The notes under the pieces were generated by a model that worked only from the letters and a program-made list of their open reading frames with translations, did no database searches and was not told the DNA's origin. From an uncultured bacterium (GTDB lineage: Bacteria; JAUVQV01; CAWCAY01): 64,000 bases of DNA. Position 1 is the first letter of the stretch. Each line of letters begins with the position of its first letter. This document shows, one piece after another, positions 39,238-48,358 of the stretch. Both the position numbers and the translations under genes were made by a program. The stretch covers positions 778,496 through 842,495 of the forward strand of contig CAWCAY010000003.1 of assembly GCA_963793725.1 (NCBI GenBank), given 5' to 3'.

Positions 39238-40434
39238 ATGGACGACAAGACGAGCGACGGGCAGGTCCAGCAGATACAGCCGGGGATGGTCCTCCGCCTG
39301 GTCAGGCAGGCGGTCACCCACGGCTTCACCGGCTGTCTCCAACTCCGCGGCGACCGCCGCACCGCCTCGGTCTACCTGGCCGACGGGCGGATCACCCACG
39401 TCAAGACCAACGTCCCGGCCTTCCGCATCGGCGACATCCTGGTCTCCCGCTACGGCCTCGACGACCGCACCGTCAAGGTGGCCGCCGAACTGGGCAAGGT
39501 CAACAAGATGCTGATGGGGATGGTCCTGCTGCGTCGCAAGCTCATCTCCCCGACCGATCTCTACCGGGCCCTGGTCGACCAGGTCCAGACGGTCCTGCGC
39601 GACGCTGCTTCCTGGGAGTCGGGCACCTGCCAGCTTCAGGGCGGGACCATCCCCGGCAAGGACGTCGTCCTGCTGCGGGTCGATCCGCTGGACATCCTCG
39701 GCCCCGAGACGCCGCCGCCGGAACAGGATCGCGCCGCGGAGGCGGCCCGCAACTTCATTACCGAAAAGGGTATGGTGCCCGAGGGGGATCACTACGCCAT
39801 CCTGGGCGTCGACCCGTCGGCCACGGAGGCGGAGATCAAGGAATCCTACAACCGCCTGGTGCTCGCCTGGCATCCCGACCGGGTCGGCGGGCACCTGGAG
39901 GAGAAGGACCGGGCCGCTCTCCAGGGGATCTTCGCCCGGATCAACGCTGCCTGGGCAGCGGTCGGGAAGGCCGACGCCCGGGCCAGGTGCGATCGGGAGC
40001 GGGAGCGGGCCGCGGAGGCGGCGAAGGCACCCCCGCCCGACCAGGAGAAGGAGGACGCCAACGTGTACTTCCGGTCGGGGGCGGAGAACCTGAAGTCCGA
40101 GCGCTTCGTCGACGCGGCCGAGTTCCTGGAGAAGGCCTGCCAGCTCGACCCGGCGAACTCGCGCAACTGGTTCTTCCTCGGCGCGGCCCACTTCAAGGCC
40201 AAGGAGAGCAAGAAAGCCGAGGATGCATTGCTGCGCGCGATCCACCTGGACGGCAGCAAGGCCGAGTACTACGTCGCCCTGTGCCAGGTCTACCGGGCCG
40301 GCAAGCTGTACACCCGGGCCCTGGAAATGATCGACCGGGCCCTGCGCTGGGACCCGGAGAACAACCAGGCCCGGCGCGAGCGGAAACTGATCAAGGAACT
40401 GACGGAGCAGGAGCAGAAAAAGAAGAAGAAGTGA
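39238..40434 (+). CDS. DUF4388-like N-terminal domain, J domain and TPR protein
   Basis: 398-aa ORF. The J domain is DHYAILGVDPSATEAEIKESYNRLVLAWHPDR, with the HPD motif. TPR-like repeats lie at the C-terminus, followed by a lysine-rich tail. Confidence 0.8.
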   Translation: MDDKTSDGQVQQIQPGMVLRLVRQAVTHGFTGCLQLRGDRRTASVYLADGRITHVKTNVPAFRIGDILVSRYGLDDRTVKVAAELGKVNKMLMGMVLLRRKLISPTDLYRALVDQVQTVLRDAASWESGTCQLQGGTIPGKDVVLLRVDPLDILGPETPPPEQDRAAEAARNFITEKGMVPEGDHYAILGVDPSATEAEIKESYNRLVLAWHPDRVGGHLEEKDRAALQGIFARINAAWAAVGKADARARCDRERERAAEAAKAPPPDQEKEDANVYFRSGAENLKSERFVDAAEFLEKACQLDPANSRNWFFLGAAHFKAKESKKAEDALLRAIHLDGSKAEYYVALCQVYRAGKLYTRALEMIDRALRWDPENNQARRERKLIKELTEQEQKKKKK

Positions 40435-40455
40435 CGCCGGGAGCCGGGCCGGCGT
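40434..40455. terminator. Hairpin between convergent genes
   Basis: A 7-bp stem pairs acgccgg (40434-40440) with ccggcgt (40449-40455), with an 8-nt loop. It abuts both stop codons. There is no U-tract. Confidence 0.25.
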
Positions 40456-41396
40456 TCAGCCCCTGTTCGACTCGACCGCTCCGGTCATCGGGATGAAGTA
40501 GACCCCCATGTCCTTCTTCGAATGCACCTTGCCGTCGGCGTCCTTGGTGTAGATGTACAGGAACTGCCCCCGCTTGAAGGGCTGGCCGATGGGGATGACC
40601 AGCCTCCCGCCCGGCTTGAGCTGGCGGAGCAGTTCGGGCGGCACGAACGGCGCGGCGCAGGTGACGATAATCAGGTCGAAACCCCCTTCCACCTCCGGCC
40701 AGCCGAAGAAGCCGTCGCCCACCCGGGTGTGGACGTTGTCGTAGCCGAGCGGCCCGAAGATCCTGCCCACCCCCTCGCCCAGCGGCTGGATGATCTCGAT
40801 CGAGTAGGCCGACTTGACCAGGCGGGACAGCAGAGCGATCTGGTAGCCCGAGCCGGTGCCGATCTCCAGCACCGTCTGGTCGGCCTGCGGCCCCGAGACC
40901 TGGGTCATGTAGAGCTGCCCCAGGTAGTCCGACAGGGCCGACCCGTAGCCGACCGCCCACGGCTTGGCCGGGATCTCGTAAGCCTCGCGGGGAAGGCGTA
41001 CGGCCCCTGGTAGTTGTAGTGGAAGTACTCGCGGGGGAGGTCGCGGAAAGCCTGCATGACCCGCGGGTCGGCCTCGCCGAAGCGTTCTTTCAGGTAAGTC
41101 TCGGCTTCCGTGACGGCCTTCTCGCGCTTCTCCCGGATGGCGGCGAAACCGGCCGGGTCAAGTTTCGTCTTCCGGCCCGATGCCTCCATCGCGGCGGCGA
41201 AGCGGTCGAAGTCCCAGTTCGAGGCGTCCACCGGCGCCGCCTTGGGCGGTTCAGGGGCATTCACCGCCCCGGACACGGCGGCGGGAGGGGGCGATTCGAC
41301 CTTCGGCGCCGGCGGTTCCTCCCGCTTGCCGCATCCCCCGGCGAGGAGGATTGAGGCCAGGACCGTCGCTAGGGTGGCGTGGAGTCGTCTGGACAT
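40456..41396 (-). CDS. pcm: Protein-L-isoaspartate O-methyltransferase with an N-terminal lipoprotein signal; one frame disruption at G4 40989-40992
   Basis: ORF 40905..41396 gives MSRRLHATLATVLASILLAGGCGK..VMQAFRDLPREYFHYNYQGPYAFP. The adjacent frame continues REAYEIPAKPWAVGYGSALSDYLGQLYMTQ into ORF 40456..40908, which reads VLEIGTGSGYQIALLSRL..GDGFFGWPEVEGGFDLIIVTCAA..LKPGGRLVIPIG. Confidence 0.85.
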
Positions 41397-43788
41397 CGTG
41401 CGATTCTAGCAGACGGATCGGGAAAGGTGAACGCCGCCGTGGCGTATAGCACCGCCGCCGCCAGCAGCAGCGCGCGGTAGCCGGACTGCGCCGCGGCCAG
41501 GGCCGACAACGGCGAGGCGACCACCGAGAAGGCGCCGTTCAAGGCCCAGGCCCAGGGGAGGATCCGTTCCCGCTCCCCGGTGAAGAGGGACAGGCCCAAC
41601 GGGAATGGGGCGCCCATGCAGAAGGCCGGTGGCGCGATCAGCAGCACGGCCAGCAGCGTCCTTCCGGCGGGGGCCCAGGCCAGGCTTTGCCGCAGCAGCA
41701 GCGGGACGAGCCACAGGTAGGCCGCCAGCACGAGGCATGCCGCCTGGGCCATGCGCCGGGCGCCGCGGCCCGGGCGGTCGAGGTGGCGACCGGCCCACAG
41801 GCTCCCCAGCCCGGACAGGACCAGCATCTCCGCCAGGACGATGCCGAAGGCCGAGGTGCGGTCGTTCAGGTAGGGGGTGAAGACTTCCATCAGCCAGATC
41901 TCGACGAACAGGTAGCCAAGGCCCAGGGCGGCGAAGTAGGCCATCCCGCGGGCGATGGTGGCCGGTGCCAGGGCAAAGGCCTGTCGCCGGAAGAGCGGCA
42001 GCAGCAGGATGGCCAGCGCGAAGATGGCCGCCTGGGCGAGCACGGCCAGGTTGACCAGCGTCCCCAGTTCCTCCCGCGGGAGGATCTGGATCCTGGCCAT
42101 GACCTGCCGCAGGCGCCCGAGGCGCAGGATGGCGTGGAAGAAGGGGCGGTCGTCGGAGGCCGGCCGCAGGTTGAAGAAATGCCCCGCCAGGAAGTTTGCG
42201 CCGGCGGGGGAGAGGAGGCGGCCGATCTCGGTGGCCATGGCGTCGCCGCCGGCGGAGGTCCGGGACGTCTCGGCGTCGAACGAGATCTCGGGCAGCTCGT
42301 TCCAGACGGTCGCTGCCGGAGGTCGACCGGGGAACCACGACAGGTCGAACGACCGCCGGTCGCAGAAGCCGGCCAGGGCGTCGCCCGTGCCCCGGTCGAG
42401 CGGGTCGCGGGAGACCAGCACCACGGCGCTCCAGGCCGAGCGCCACACGGCCAGGTGGCCCCCCGGATCGGCCACGCCGCGCGCAGCCAGGGCAGCCTTG
42501 GCGGTTTCGACCATCTTCAGCACGTAGACGGTGAACTCGCGGATCGACACCGGCATGACCAGCACTCCCCCGGGCTCGAGCAACCCGACCAGCGCGGCCA
42601 CCGACTCGCGGGTGAAGGCGTAGCGGTTGGCCTCGGGTCCGTCGAGGTGGTCGGGGGCGATCTCGATGACGTCGAAACGCTCGCGGGTGCCGCTGGCGAA
42701 TCCCTGGGGGGAGTCGCGCCGGACAGTGACCGCCGGCGAGTAGGTAACGGCCGCGGCCGCCAGGGGCTCGGCCTCGAGCACGGTCACCCGCGACGCCCCC
42801 AAGCTCAGGACCTCGCCGGGTCGGAACCCGCCGCCGCTGCCGATCAGCAGCACCCGCGGGGCGCGGCGGTCCTGGTAGGGGAAGGAGGCGACGGAGGCCT
42901 TCAGGTAGGAGGTCTCGGCCAGGGGCGCGGGGAGCAGCCCGGTGGCCCGGTTGCCGTCGCGGTAGAGTCCCAGGGCGCGCGGAGGGTCGCCCGCGCCGAG
43001 CAGGTCGTAGTTGTTCGACAGGTCGAGGTCGCGCCGCTCGGTGAAGTTGTCCAGCACCAGGAAGTACCCCGGGGGGAGCGGACCTCCCGGACCGTCCGGC
43101 CGCCGGCCACGCGTGACGGGGCGTAGATCGCCTTGTACTCGTTGAAGTCGGCCCGGTTCCAGCGGATGGTCCAGAGCATCCCCCCGGCGGCAAGCAGGGC
43201 CACGGTCACGGCGGTCGAAACCAGTGCCGCCCGAGACGGGAAGCGCCGCCACAGGGCCGCCGCGGCCAGCACCGGCAGGATCAGGGCCACCAGGCGGAAG
43301 GGATGGACGACGTACAGCGCGGCCAGCATGCATAGCGAGCCGATTCCCGCCCCGACCAGGTCGACGAAGTAGAGACGGGTGGTCCTGCCGCGGCAGGCCA
43401 TGAATGCCAGGCCGAGGTAGGCGCCGACCAGGAAGAAGAACGGGAAGAGGGCCAGGTAGTAGCCGAGGATGTTGACCAGTTGCCCGCCCCTGACGGCCGG
43501 GTTCTGCAGTTCCATCGGGTTGAACCTGACCAGCGTGGCCAGGTGGAACCCCCCCGCCGCGGCCGGGATCATCGCCGCCGGCAGCAGGTCGAGCAGACGG
43601 TCGGCGTGGCGGGCGAGGCGCTGCCCAGCCAGGCTCAGCGCCACCCCGCTGGCGGCGTAGCCGACCATGGCGATGGAGATCACCCAGTAGCCGTACTCCG
43701 ACCATCCGGCGATGGCGAAGTAGCGCGACAGCAGGATCTCGTAGGCGATCGACGCCAGCGACACCAGGAAGACCGGACCGTAGCGCAT
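41369..43788 (-). CDS. Membrane-embedded spermidine-synthase-like (class I methyltransferase fold) protein; one frame disruption at 43067-43076 (C4G6)
   Basis: The N-terminus is in ORF 42901..43788 (MRYGPVFLVSLASIAYEILLSRYFAIAGW...), with 7 or so TM segments. After the junction SPRG/YFLVLDNFTERR, ORF 41369..43705 carries RVLLIGSGGGFRPGEVLSLGASRVTVLEAEP..FDVIEIAP and a second TM bundle. Confidence 0.7.
43629..43788. repeat. Copy A of an approximately 160-bp direct repeat (5' end of the spermidine-synthase-like gene)
   Basis: It aligns with 45601-45766. The identical blocks are ccaggctca, ccgctggcggcgtagccgacc (43646-43666 = 45620-45640) and gaagtagcgcgacagcaggatctcgtaggcgat (43717-43749 = 45694-45726). 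Confidence 0.75.
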
Positions 43789-43966
43789 AGAGGATAATAA
43801 TACCTCAGACCGTCTCTTGCGAAGACAATGGTGATTGGGCCGAAAGATGCCCCAGGTCCTGATGAGGAAATAGCCAAGACCCCAAGACCGGAAACGACAC
43901 AGCTTTCTCTAGGTTATCTGTGGTATGGTTGCTCATCATGTCAACGCCGTAACGGGGAGGTGAACC

Positions 43967-44170
43967 TTGAAGCGTTTGCTGGCCGCCGTGGTTCTTCTCT
44001 TGGTCGGGTTGGTCTTTGCCACTCCTGCACAAGCCTATCTCGATCCGGGGACGGGAAGCATGATTTTTCAGGCCGTCATCGGGCTCATCCTGGGAATACT
44101 GTTCACGGCGAAAATGTGGTGGGGCCGTCTGAAGAGTTTCATGTCGGGGAAGAAGAAGGATGACCGCTGA
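43967..44170 (+). CDS. Small exported/membrane protein with an AYLDPGTGS motif
   Basis: 67-aa ORF with a TTG start preceded by ggggagg. The signal peptide is MKRLLAAVVLLLVGLVFATPAQA, followed by YLDPGTGSMIFQAVIGLILGILF and a basic tail. Confidence 0.45.
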   Translation: MKRLLAAVVLLLVGLVFATPAQAYLDPGTGSMIFQAVIGLILGILFTAKMWWGRLKSFMSGKKKDDR

Positions 44171-45566
44171 TTCTGCGGGCGCTCGTCTCCCAGCATCCTT
44201 TCGGGACCCATGCGGTTTCGTCTTCGTCCGGGGCGGCGAACTCTTCCGCCAGGTGAACGCGGGCTACAAGGAGCAGGACCGACCACCTTCGGAATTCCGG
44301 CCTGTATGCCGCGCTGGTCTCGTCGGGATTGCTCGTTCCCCACAGCGAAGTCGACTCCTCGGGGGCGACCTCCGGAGCGTACTGGTCATTAGGCCCGAGC
44401 GCATCCCCTTCATCTCTTACCCCTACGAATGGAGCTTCAGCCAATTGCGGGACGCCGCACTGTCCACCCTGCGGATACAGCGGATGGCCCTGGACCACGG
44501 CATGGTCCTCAAGGATGCCAGCGCCTTCAACATCCAGTTCCTGAACGCGGAGCCTGTCCTGATCGACACTCTCTCGTTCGACACCTACCGAGAGGGTGAG
44601 CCATGGGTGGCCTACCGGCAATTCTGCCAGCACTTCCTTGCGCCGCTGGCACTGATGAGCCACGTGGACGTCCGCCTTGGCCAGTTGTCGAAGGTCTTCA
44701 TCGATGGGCCGCCGCTGGACATGGCCGCCGGGCTTCTGCCGCTTCGGGCGCGCATGCGGCCCTCCCTTCTCATCCATCTCGTTGCTCATGCGAGGAGTCA
44801 GGCCCGCTACGCCAACAGCCACGGACTGGAGGAGGGTCGCGCCGCGCTGAGAGGCCACCGGAAGCTGGGCGTCGCCGGCATGCACGGCATGATCGACAGC
44901 CTCGAGTCGGCTGTTTCTGGGCTCCATTGGCGACCGGTCGGCACGGAGTGGGGCGATTACTACAACGACACCAACTACTCTTCGGTGGCCATGGAGGAAA
45001 AGAAGCAGTTGGTGTACCAGTACTTGCGACGATCGGCCGCGCGGACCGTCTGGGATGTTGGCGCCAACACCGGCGTCTTCAGTCGCCTTGCCAGCGAAAT
45101 GGGGATGCATACCGTCTCCTTCGACATCGACCCGGCGGCGGTCGAGAAGAACTATCTGGAGTGCCGGGCCACCTCGAGAAAGAACCTCCTGCCGCTGATC
45201 CAGGACCTGACCAACCCGAGCCCTTCCCTAGGCTGGCGGAATAGGGAGCGAGATGCCTTCCTCGAGCGCGGGCCGGTCGACGCCGTCCTAGCCCTCGCCC
45301 TGGTCCACCACCTGGCCATCTCCAACAACGTGCCGCTGGCCGACATCGCCGACCTCTTCGCCGCGGTGACAGCCAATCTGGTCATCGAGTTCGTCCCCAA
45401 GAGTGATTCCCAGGTCCGCAGGCTGCTGGCATCCAGGGAGGATGTCTTTCAAGACTACACCCAGCCTGGCTTTGAGCAGGCCTTCGCGAGGGTTTTCTCC
45501 ATCGAGGAGGCCCGTCGGGTCGCCGACAGCAGTCGGATGCTTTACTGCATGCAGCGGAGGTGGTGA
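44160..45566 (+). CDS. SAM-dependent methyltransferase with N-terminal extension (NoeA-like architecture); internal +1/-1 frame excursion at about 44270-44392
   Basis: 468-aa ORF. FRDPCGFVF, ERIPFISYPYEWSFSQL and KDASAFNIQF are present. The methyltransferase core is VWDVGANTGVFSRLASEMG..VSFDID..VLALALVHHL. Between 44275 and 44390 the +1 frame reads TDHLRNSGLYAALVSSGLLVPHSEVD, which looks native, while the ORF frame does not. Confidence 0.7.
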   Translation: MTADSAGARLPASFRDPCGFVFVRGGELFRQVNAGYKEQDRPPSEFRPVCRAGLVGIARSPQRSRLLGGDLRSVLVIRPERIPFISYPYEWSFSQLRDAALSTLRIQRMALDHGMVLKDASAFNIQFLNAEPVLIDTLSFDTYREGEPWVAYRQFCQHFLAPLALMSHVDVRLGQLSKVFIDGPPLDMAAGLLPLRARMRPSLLIHLVAHARSQARYANSHGLEEGRAALRGHRKLGVAGMHGMIDSLESAVSGLHWRPVGTEWGDYYNDTNYSSVAMEEKKQLVYQYLRRSAARTVWDVGANTGVFSRLASEMGMHTVSFDIDPAAVEKNYLECRATSRKNLLPLIQDLTNPSPSLGWRNRERDAFLERGPVDAVLALALVHHLAISNNVPLADIADLFAAVTANLVIEFVPKSDSQVRRLLASREDVFQDYTQPGFEQAFARVFSIEEARRVADSSRMLYCMQRRW

Positions 45567-45600
45567 CGAATCGAGAAGGCAGTGGCGAGGTGTCCTCTAG

Positions 45601-45766
45601 CCAGGCTCAAAAATCCCCTCCGCTGGCGGCGTAGCCGACCCTGGCGACGAAGATCGCCCATTAGCCGCACCCCCCCGGCCAGTCGGCGATGAAGAAGTAG
45701 CGCGACAGCAGGATCTCGTAGGCGATGGACGCCGGCGGCACCGGAAAGATCGGGTCGGAGCACACA
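45601..45766 (-). pseudogene. Copy B of the direct repeat: a decayed 5' fragment of a spermidine-synthase-like gene
   Basis: The minus-strand translation is ..PASIAYEILLSRYFFIADWPGGCG followed by a stop. The intact copy reads LASIAYEILLSRYFAIAGWSEYGYW. The fragment has no start codon and ends in a premature stop. Confidence 0.6.
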
Positions 45767-45819
45767 ACCCAAAGTTATGCGGCACCAGGCTTCTCTGGAC
45801 ATCCCCAAGAATGCTTGCA

Positions 45820-45828
45820 TGCTATAAT
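45820..45828 (+). promoter_or_regulatory. Extended -10 promoter candidate (TGcTATAAT) for the sugar-pathway operon
   Basis: tgc+tataat at 45820-45828 is a perfect TATAAT with an upstream TG. It lies about 130 nt before the aminotransferase start. The 10-bp palindrome ctcgcgcgag follows downstream. Confidence 0.35.
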
Positions 45829-45960
45829 CACCCGAATGAGTTGGCTCGCGCGAGTCGGATTCTGAGAATCACCAGAGAAATTGGCGGACCGAGATGAGAG
45901 TTGACAGAGGATCAAGCATTGAACGTCCAGATTCGCTCGCTTGGCGAAGCAGATGAGAAT

Positions 45961-47079
45961 ATGCGAATCTTCATGAATGATTTCGCTGCCCAATGGCGCC
46001 ACCTTGGCCCTCGGATTCACGAAGTTGTTGAAAGGGTTGGCGCCAGTGGTTGGTATATCCTTGGCGGAGAGGTAGCAAGCTTCGAACAGGAACTCGCACG
46101 ACGGTGGGGTGTGCGGGCGGTCGTGGGGTGCGCCAGCGGGCTCGACGCGATCGAGATAGGACTCAGGATCTTTGGAGTTGGCCCTGGCGACGAGGTCCTG
46201 ACCACACCCCTCAGCGCTTTTGCCACCACTTTGGCTGTGTTGCGGGTCGGGGCGACACCGGTCTTTGTCGACACTGACGCCAATGGGCTAATTGATCTGG
46301 AAGGGGCTGAAGGTGCCATGCGTGCATCACAGCGCATCCGCTGTCTCATTCCGGTACACCTTTATGGAATCCCCGTTGACCTGGAGCGTCTTGACGATCT
46401 CAGAAGATCCTTCGGTGTGCATGTGCTGGAGGACTGTGCCCAAGCGATCGGTGCGTCCTGGAACGGCAGGCCGGTCGGTACGGCAGGGGCCCTCTCCGCA
46501 GTGAGTTTCTATCCCACAAAGAATCTTGGCTGCATGGGAGACGGCGGGGCGGTTCTCACCCTATCTCCTCCATTGGCAGAAAAGGCAAGAATGATCAGGG
46601 ATTACGGTCAGTCAGCAAAATATCTCCATGAGGAAGTGGGCTTGAACAGTCGTCTTGATGAGCTTCATGCAGCCATCCTCCACCGGGTTTTCCTGCCCGA
46701 ACTGGATCACTGGACGGCGCGGCGAAGAGAAATTGCGCAGGCTTATCTGTCGGGGATTGTCAACCCTCGAGTTACCCTTCCAGATATCCCGCAAGCTGCT
46801 GTCCCTAGTTGGCATCTCTTCCCCCTCATTGTTCGAGAGAATCGAGATGCACTTGCGAGACATCTCGCCGATCTGGGTATAGCCACGGGAATTCACTACC
46901 CGGAGATCATCCCGAATCAGAATGTATTCAACAAGCCCAATGCGCCGCCCCACAGGATTTCCGGAACGTTGGATCGGTCAAGAAATATCTCTCGACACGA
47001 GTTGTCGTTACCCATCCATCCGTACCTTTCCGATGAAGACGTAAAGGACATCGTCGATGGCATCAACATCTGGTCCTGA
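45961..47079 (+). CDS. DegT/DnrJ/EryC1/StrS-family PLP-dependent sugar aminotransferase (FdtB/QdtB-like)
   Basis: Taken from ORF 45901..47079, with the start at MRIFMNDF (45961). Blocks are SGWYILGGEVASFEQELA, CASGLDAIEIGL, IPVHLYG, SFYPTKNLGCMGDGGAV (the catalytic Lys region) and NSRLDELHAAIL. Confidence 0.9.
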   Translation: MRIFMNDFAAQWRHLGPRIHEVVERVGASGWYILGGEVASFEQELARRWGVRAVVGCASGLDAIEIGLRIFGVGPGDEVLTTPLSAFATTLAVLRVGATPVFVDTDANGLIDLEGAEGAMRASQRIRCLIPVHLYGIPVDLERLDDLRRSFGVHVLEDCAQAIGASWNGRPVGTAGALSAVSFYPTKNLGCMGDGGAVLTLSPPLAEKARMIRDYGQSAKYLHEEVGLNSRLDELHAAILHRVFLPELDHWTARRREIAQAYLSGIVNPRVTLPDIPQAAVPSWHLFPLIVRENRDALARHLADLGIATGIHYPEIIPNQNVFNKPNAPPHRISGTLDRSRNISRHELSLPIHPYLSDEDVKDIVDGINIWS

Positions 47080-48022
47080 ATACAGCCTCATCATCCCCGT
47101 CTATCGGAATGAGGACTCTCTCCCAGAGCTTCTGCAAGCCTGTGAAGAGCTTAACCGTTCTCTCAGAGGCAGCCTCGAGGTCGTCTTTGTTGTTGACGGC
47201 AGCCCTGACCGATCCTACGACTTCTTGAATCGTTCTCTTCCTGAGAGCAGTCTTATTTGGCAAATCATCCTGCTCTCCAGAAATTTCGGGTCCTTTTCGG
47301 CCATCCGAGCTGGATTGGAGATCGCCGAAGGGCGGTTCATGGCTATCATGGCGGCTGACCTTCAAGAGCCGCCCAGTCTCATACTCCAATTCTTCACGAT
47401 TCTGGGAGAAGGTTCGGTTGATGTGGTCATCGGCACCAGAACAGGCAGGGCAGATCCCCGATTTTCTTGTTTCTGCTCAGGAATATACTGGTGGTTGTAT
47501 CGTCGATTTGTTCTTCCGGAGATGCCATCCGGCGGGGTTGATATTTTCGGGTGCAACGAAGCGTTTAGGAATGCCTTGCTTCCCCTCAGAGAATCCCATT
47601 CCTCTTTGATTGGACTAGTGTTTTGGATCGGCTTCCGAAGGCAATTCGTTGAATACAAGCGACTTCCAAGAAGACATGGCCGCAGCGCCTGGACATTGAA
47701 CCGCAAGTTCGCCTACTTGACGGATAGCATCTTCACCTTCACTGATTTTCCCATCCGAATCTTGAGCATCTTTGGCTCAATCGGTCTCTTGGCTTCCGCC
47801 ATCCTTGTCGTTACCGTGCTCGTGGCCAAGGCAAGCGGTCTGATCAAGCTTCCCGGGTATACGGCAACGATCATTACCATTACGTTCTTTGCCGCACTGA
47901 ACTCTCTTGGGCTGGGTGTCATCGGTTCATATGTCTGGAGAACCTTTGAGAATACCAAGTGCCGCCCGGACTCCATTATCCTCCACAAAAGGAAGAGTGA
48001 GAAGAAGCCTAGCGAAGATTGA
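47057..48022 (+). CDS. GT2-family polyprenyl-phosphate glycosyltransferase (GtrB/ArnC/CsbB-like) with two C-terminal TM helices
   Basis: 321-aa ORF. Blocks are YSLIIPVYRNEDSLPELL, FVVDGSPDRS, MAADLQEPP and GGVDIFGC. The C-terminal helices are ILSIFGSIGLLASAILVVTVLV and TIITITFFAALNSLGLGVIGSYV. Confidence 0.9.
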   Translation: MASTSGPEYSLIIPVYRNEDSLPELLQACEELNRSLRGSLEVVFVVDGSPDRSYDFLNRSLPESSLIWQIILLSRNFGSFSAIRAGLEIAEGRFMAIMAADLQEPPSLILQFFTILGEGSVDVVIGTRTGRADPRFSCFCSGIYWWLYRRFVLPEMPSGGVDIFGCNEAFRNALLPLRESHSSLIGLVFWIGFRRQFVEYKRLPRRHGRSAWTLNRKFAYLTDSIFTFTDFPIRILSIFGSIGLLASAILVVTVLVAKASGLIKLPGYTATIITITFFAALNSLGLGVIGSYVWRTFENTKCRPDSIILHKRKSEKKPSED

Positions 48023-48046
48023 TGCACGACTATCTCCGGTTCCGGC

Positions 48047-48169
48047 TCATTTCCGACCGAAGGCTTTGGTCAAGAAGTCACGTTCCACCGTCAACTGTCC
48101 GATTTTGGCGTGCAGCTCCTTGACCCTTATAGCGCCACCTTTCTTGGCGGCGTCGGTGCGTGGACTGCC
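48047..48169 (-). mobile_element. Remnant of the 3' end of an IS3-family OrfA (leucine-zipper region)
   Basis: The minus-strand translation is ..AAKKGGAIRVKELHAKIGQLTVERDFLTKAFGRK followed by a stop (tca 48047-48049). This matches the conserved ELHAKIGQLTVENDFL-type end of IS3/IS911-like OrfA. No start or HTH part is present. Confidence 0.5.
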
Positions 48170-48358
48170 CAATCGAATTGTGATGGACAATGGCACTAGC
48201 GGCAGATTGCCGAGGAGTGGCGGGTAGCATATACTATGCAGAAGAGAACTCTTCTGCCTAATCTGAGTCCGCGCAAGTTTGTAAGACTGGACGAGGAGTA
48301 GTTCCCAGCTCAGTTTTTGAGCGACACCACAAACCGGGGCAGGTTTCAGGTTCTAGGC

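Noticed and set aside
47907-48227. 106-aa plus-strand ORF in the gap after the GT2 gene
   Set aside because: It has no motifs. The opposite strand of the same stretch encodes a recognisable IS3-family OrfA tail, which explains the open frame better.
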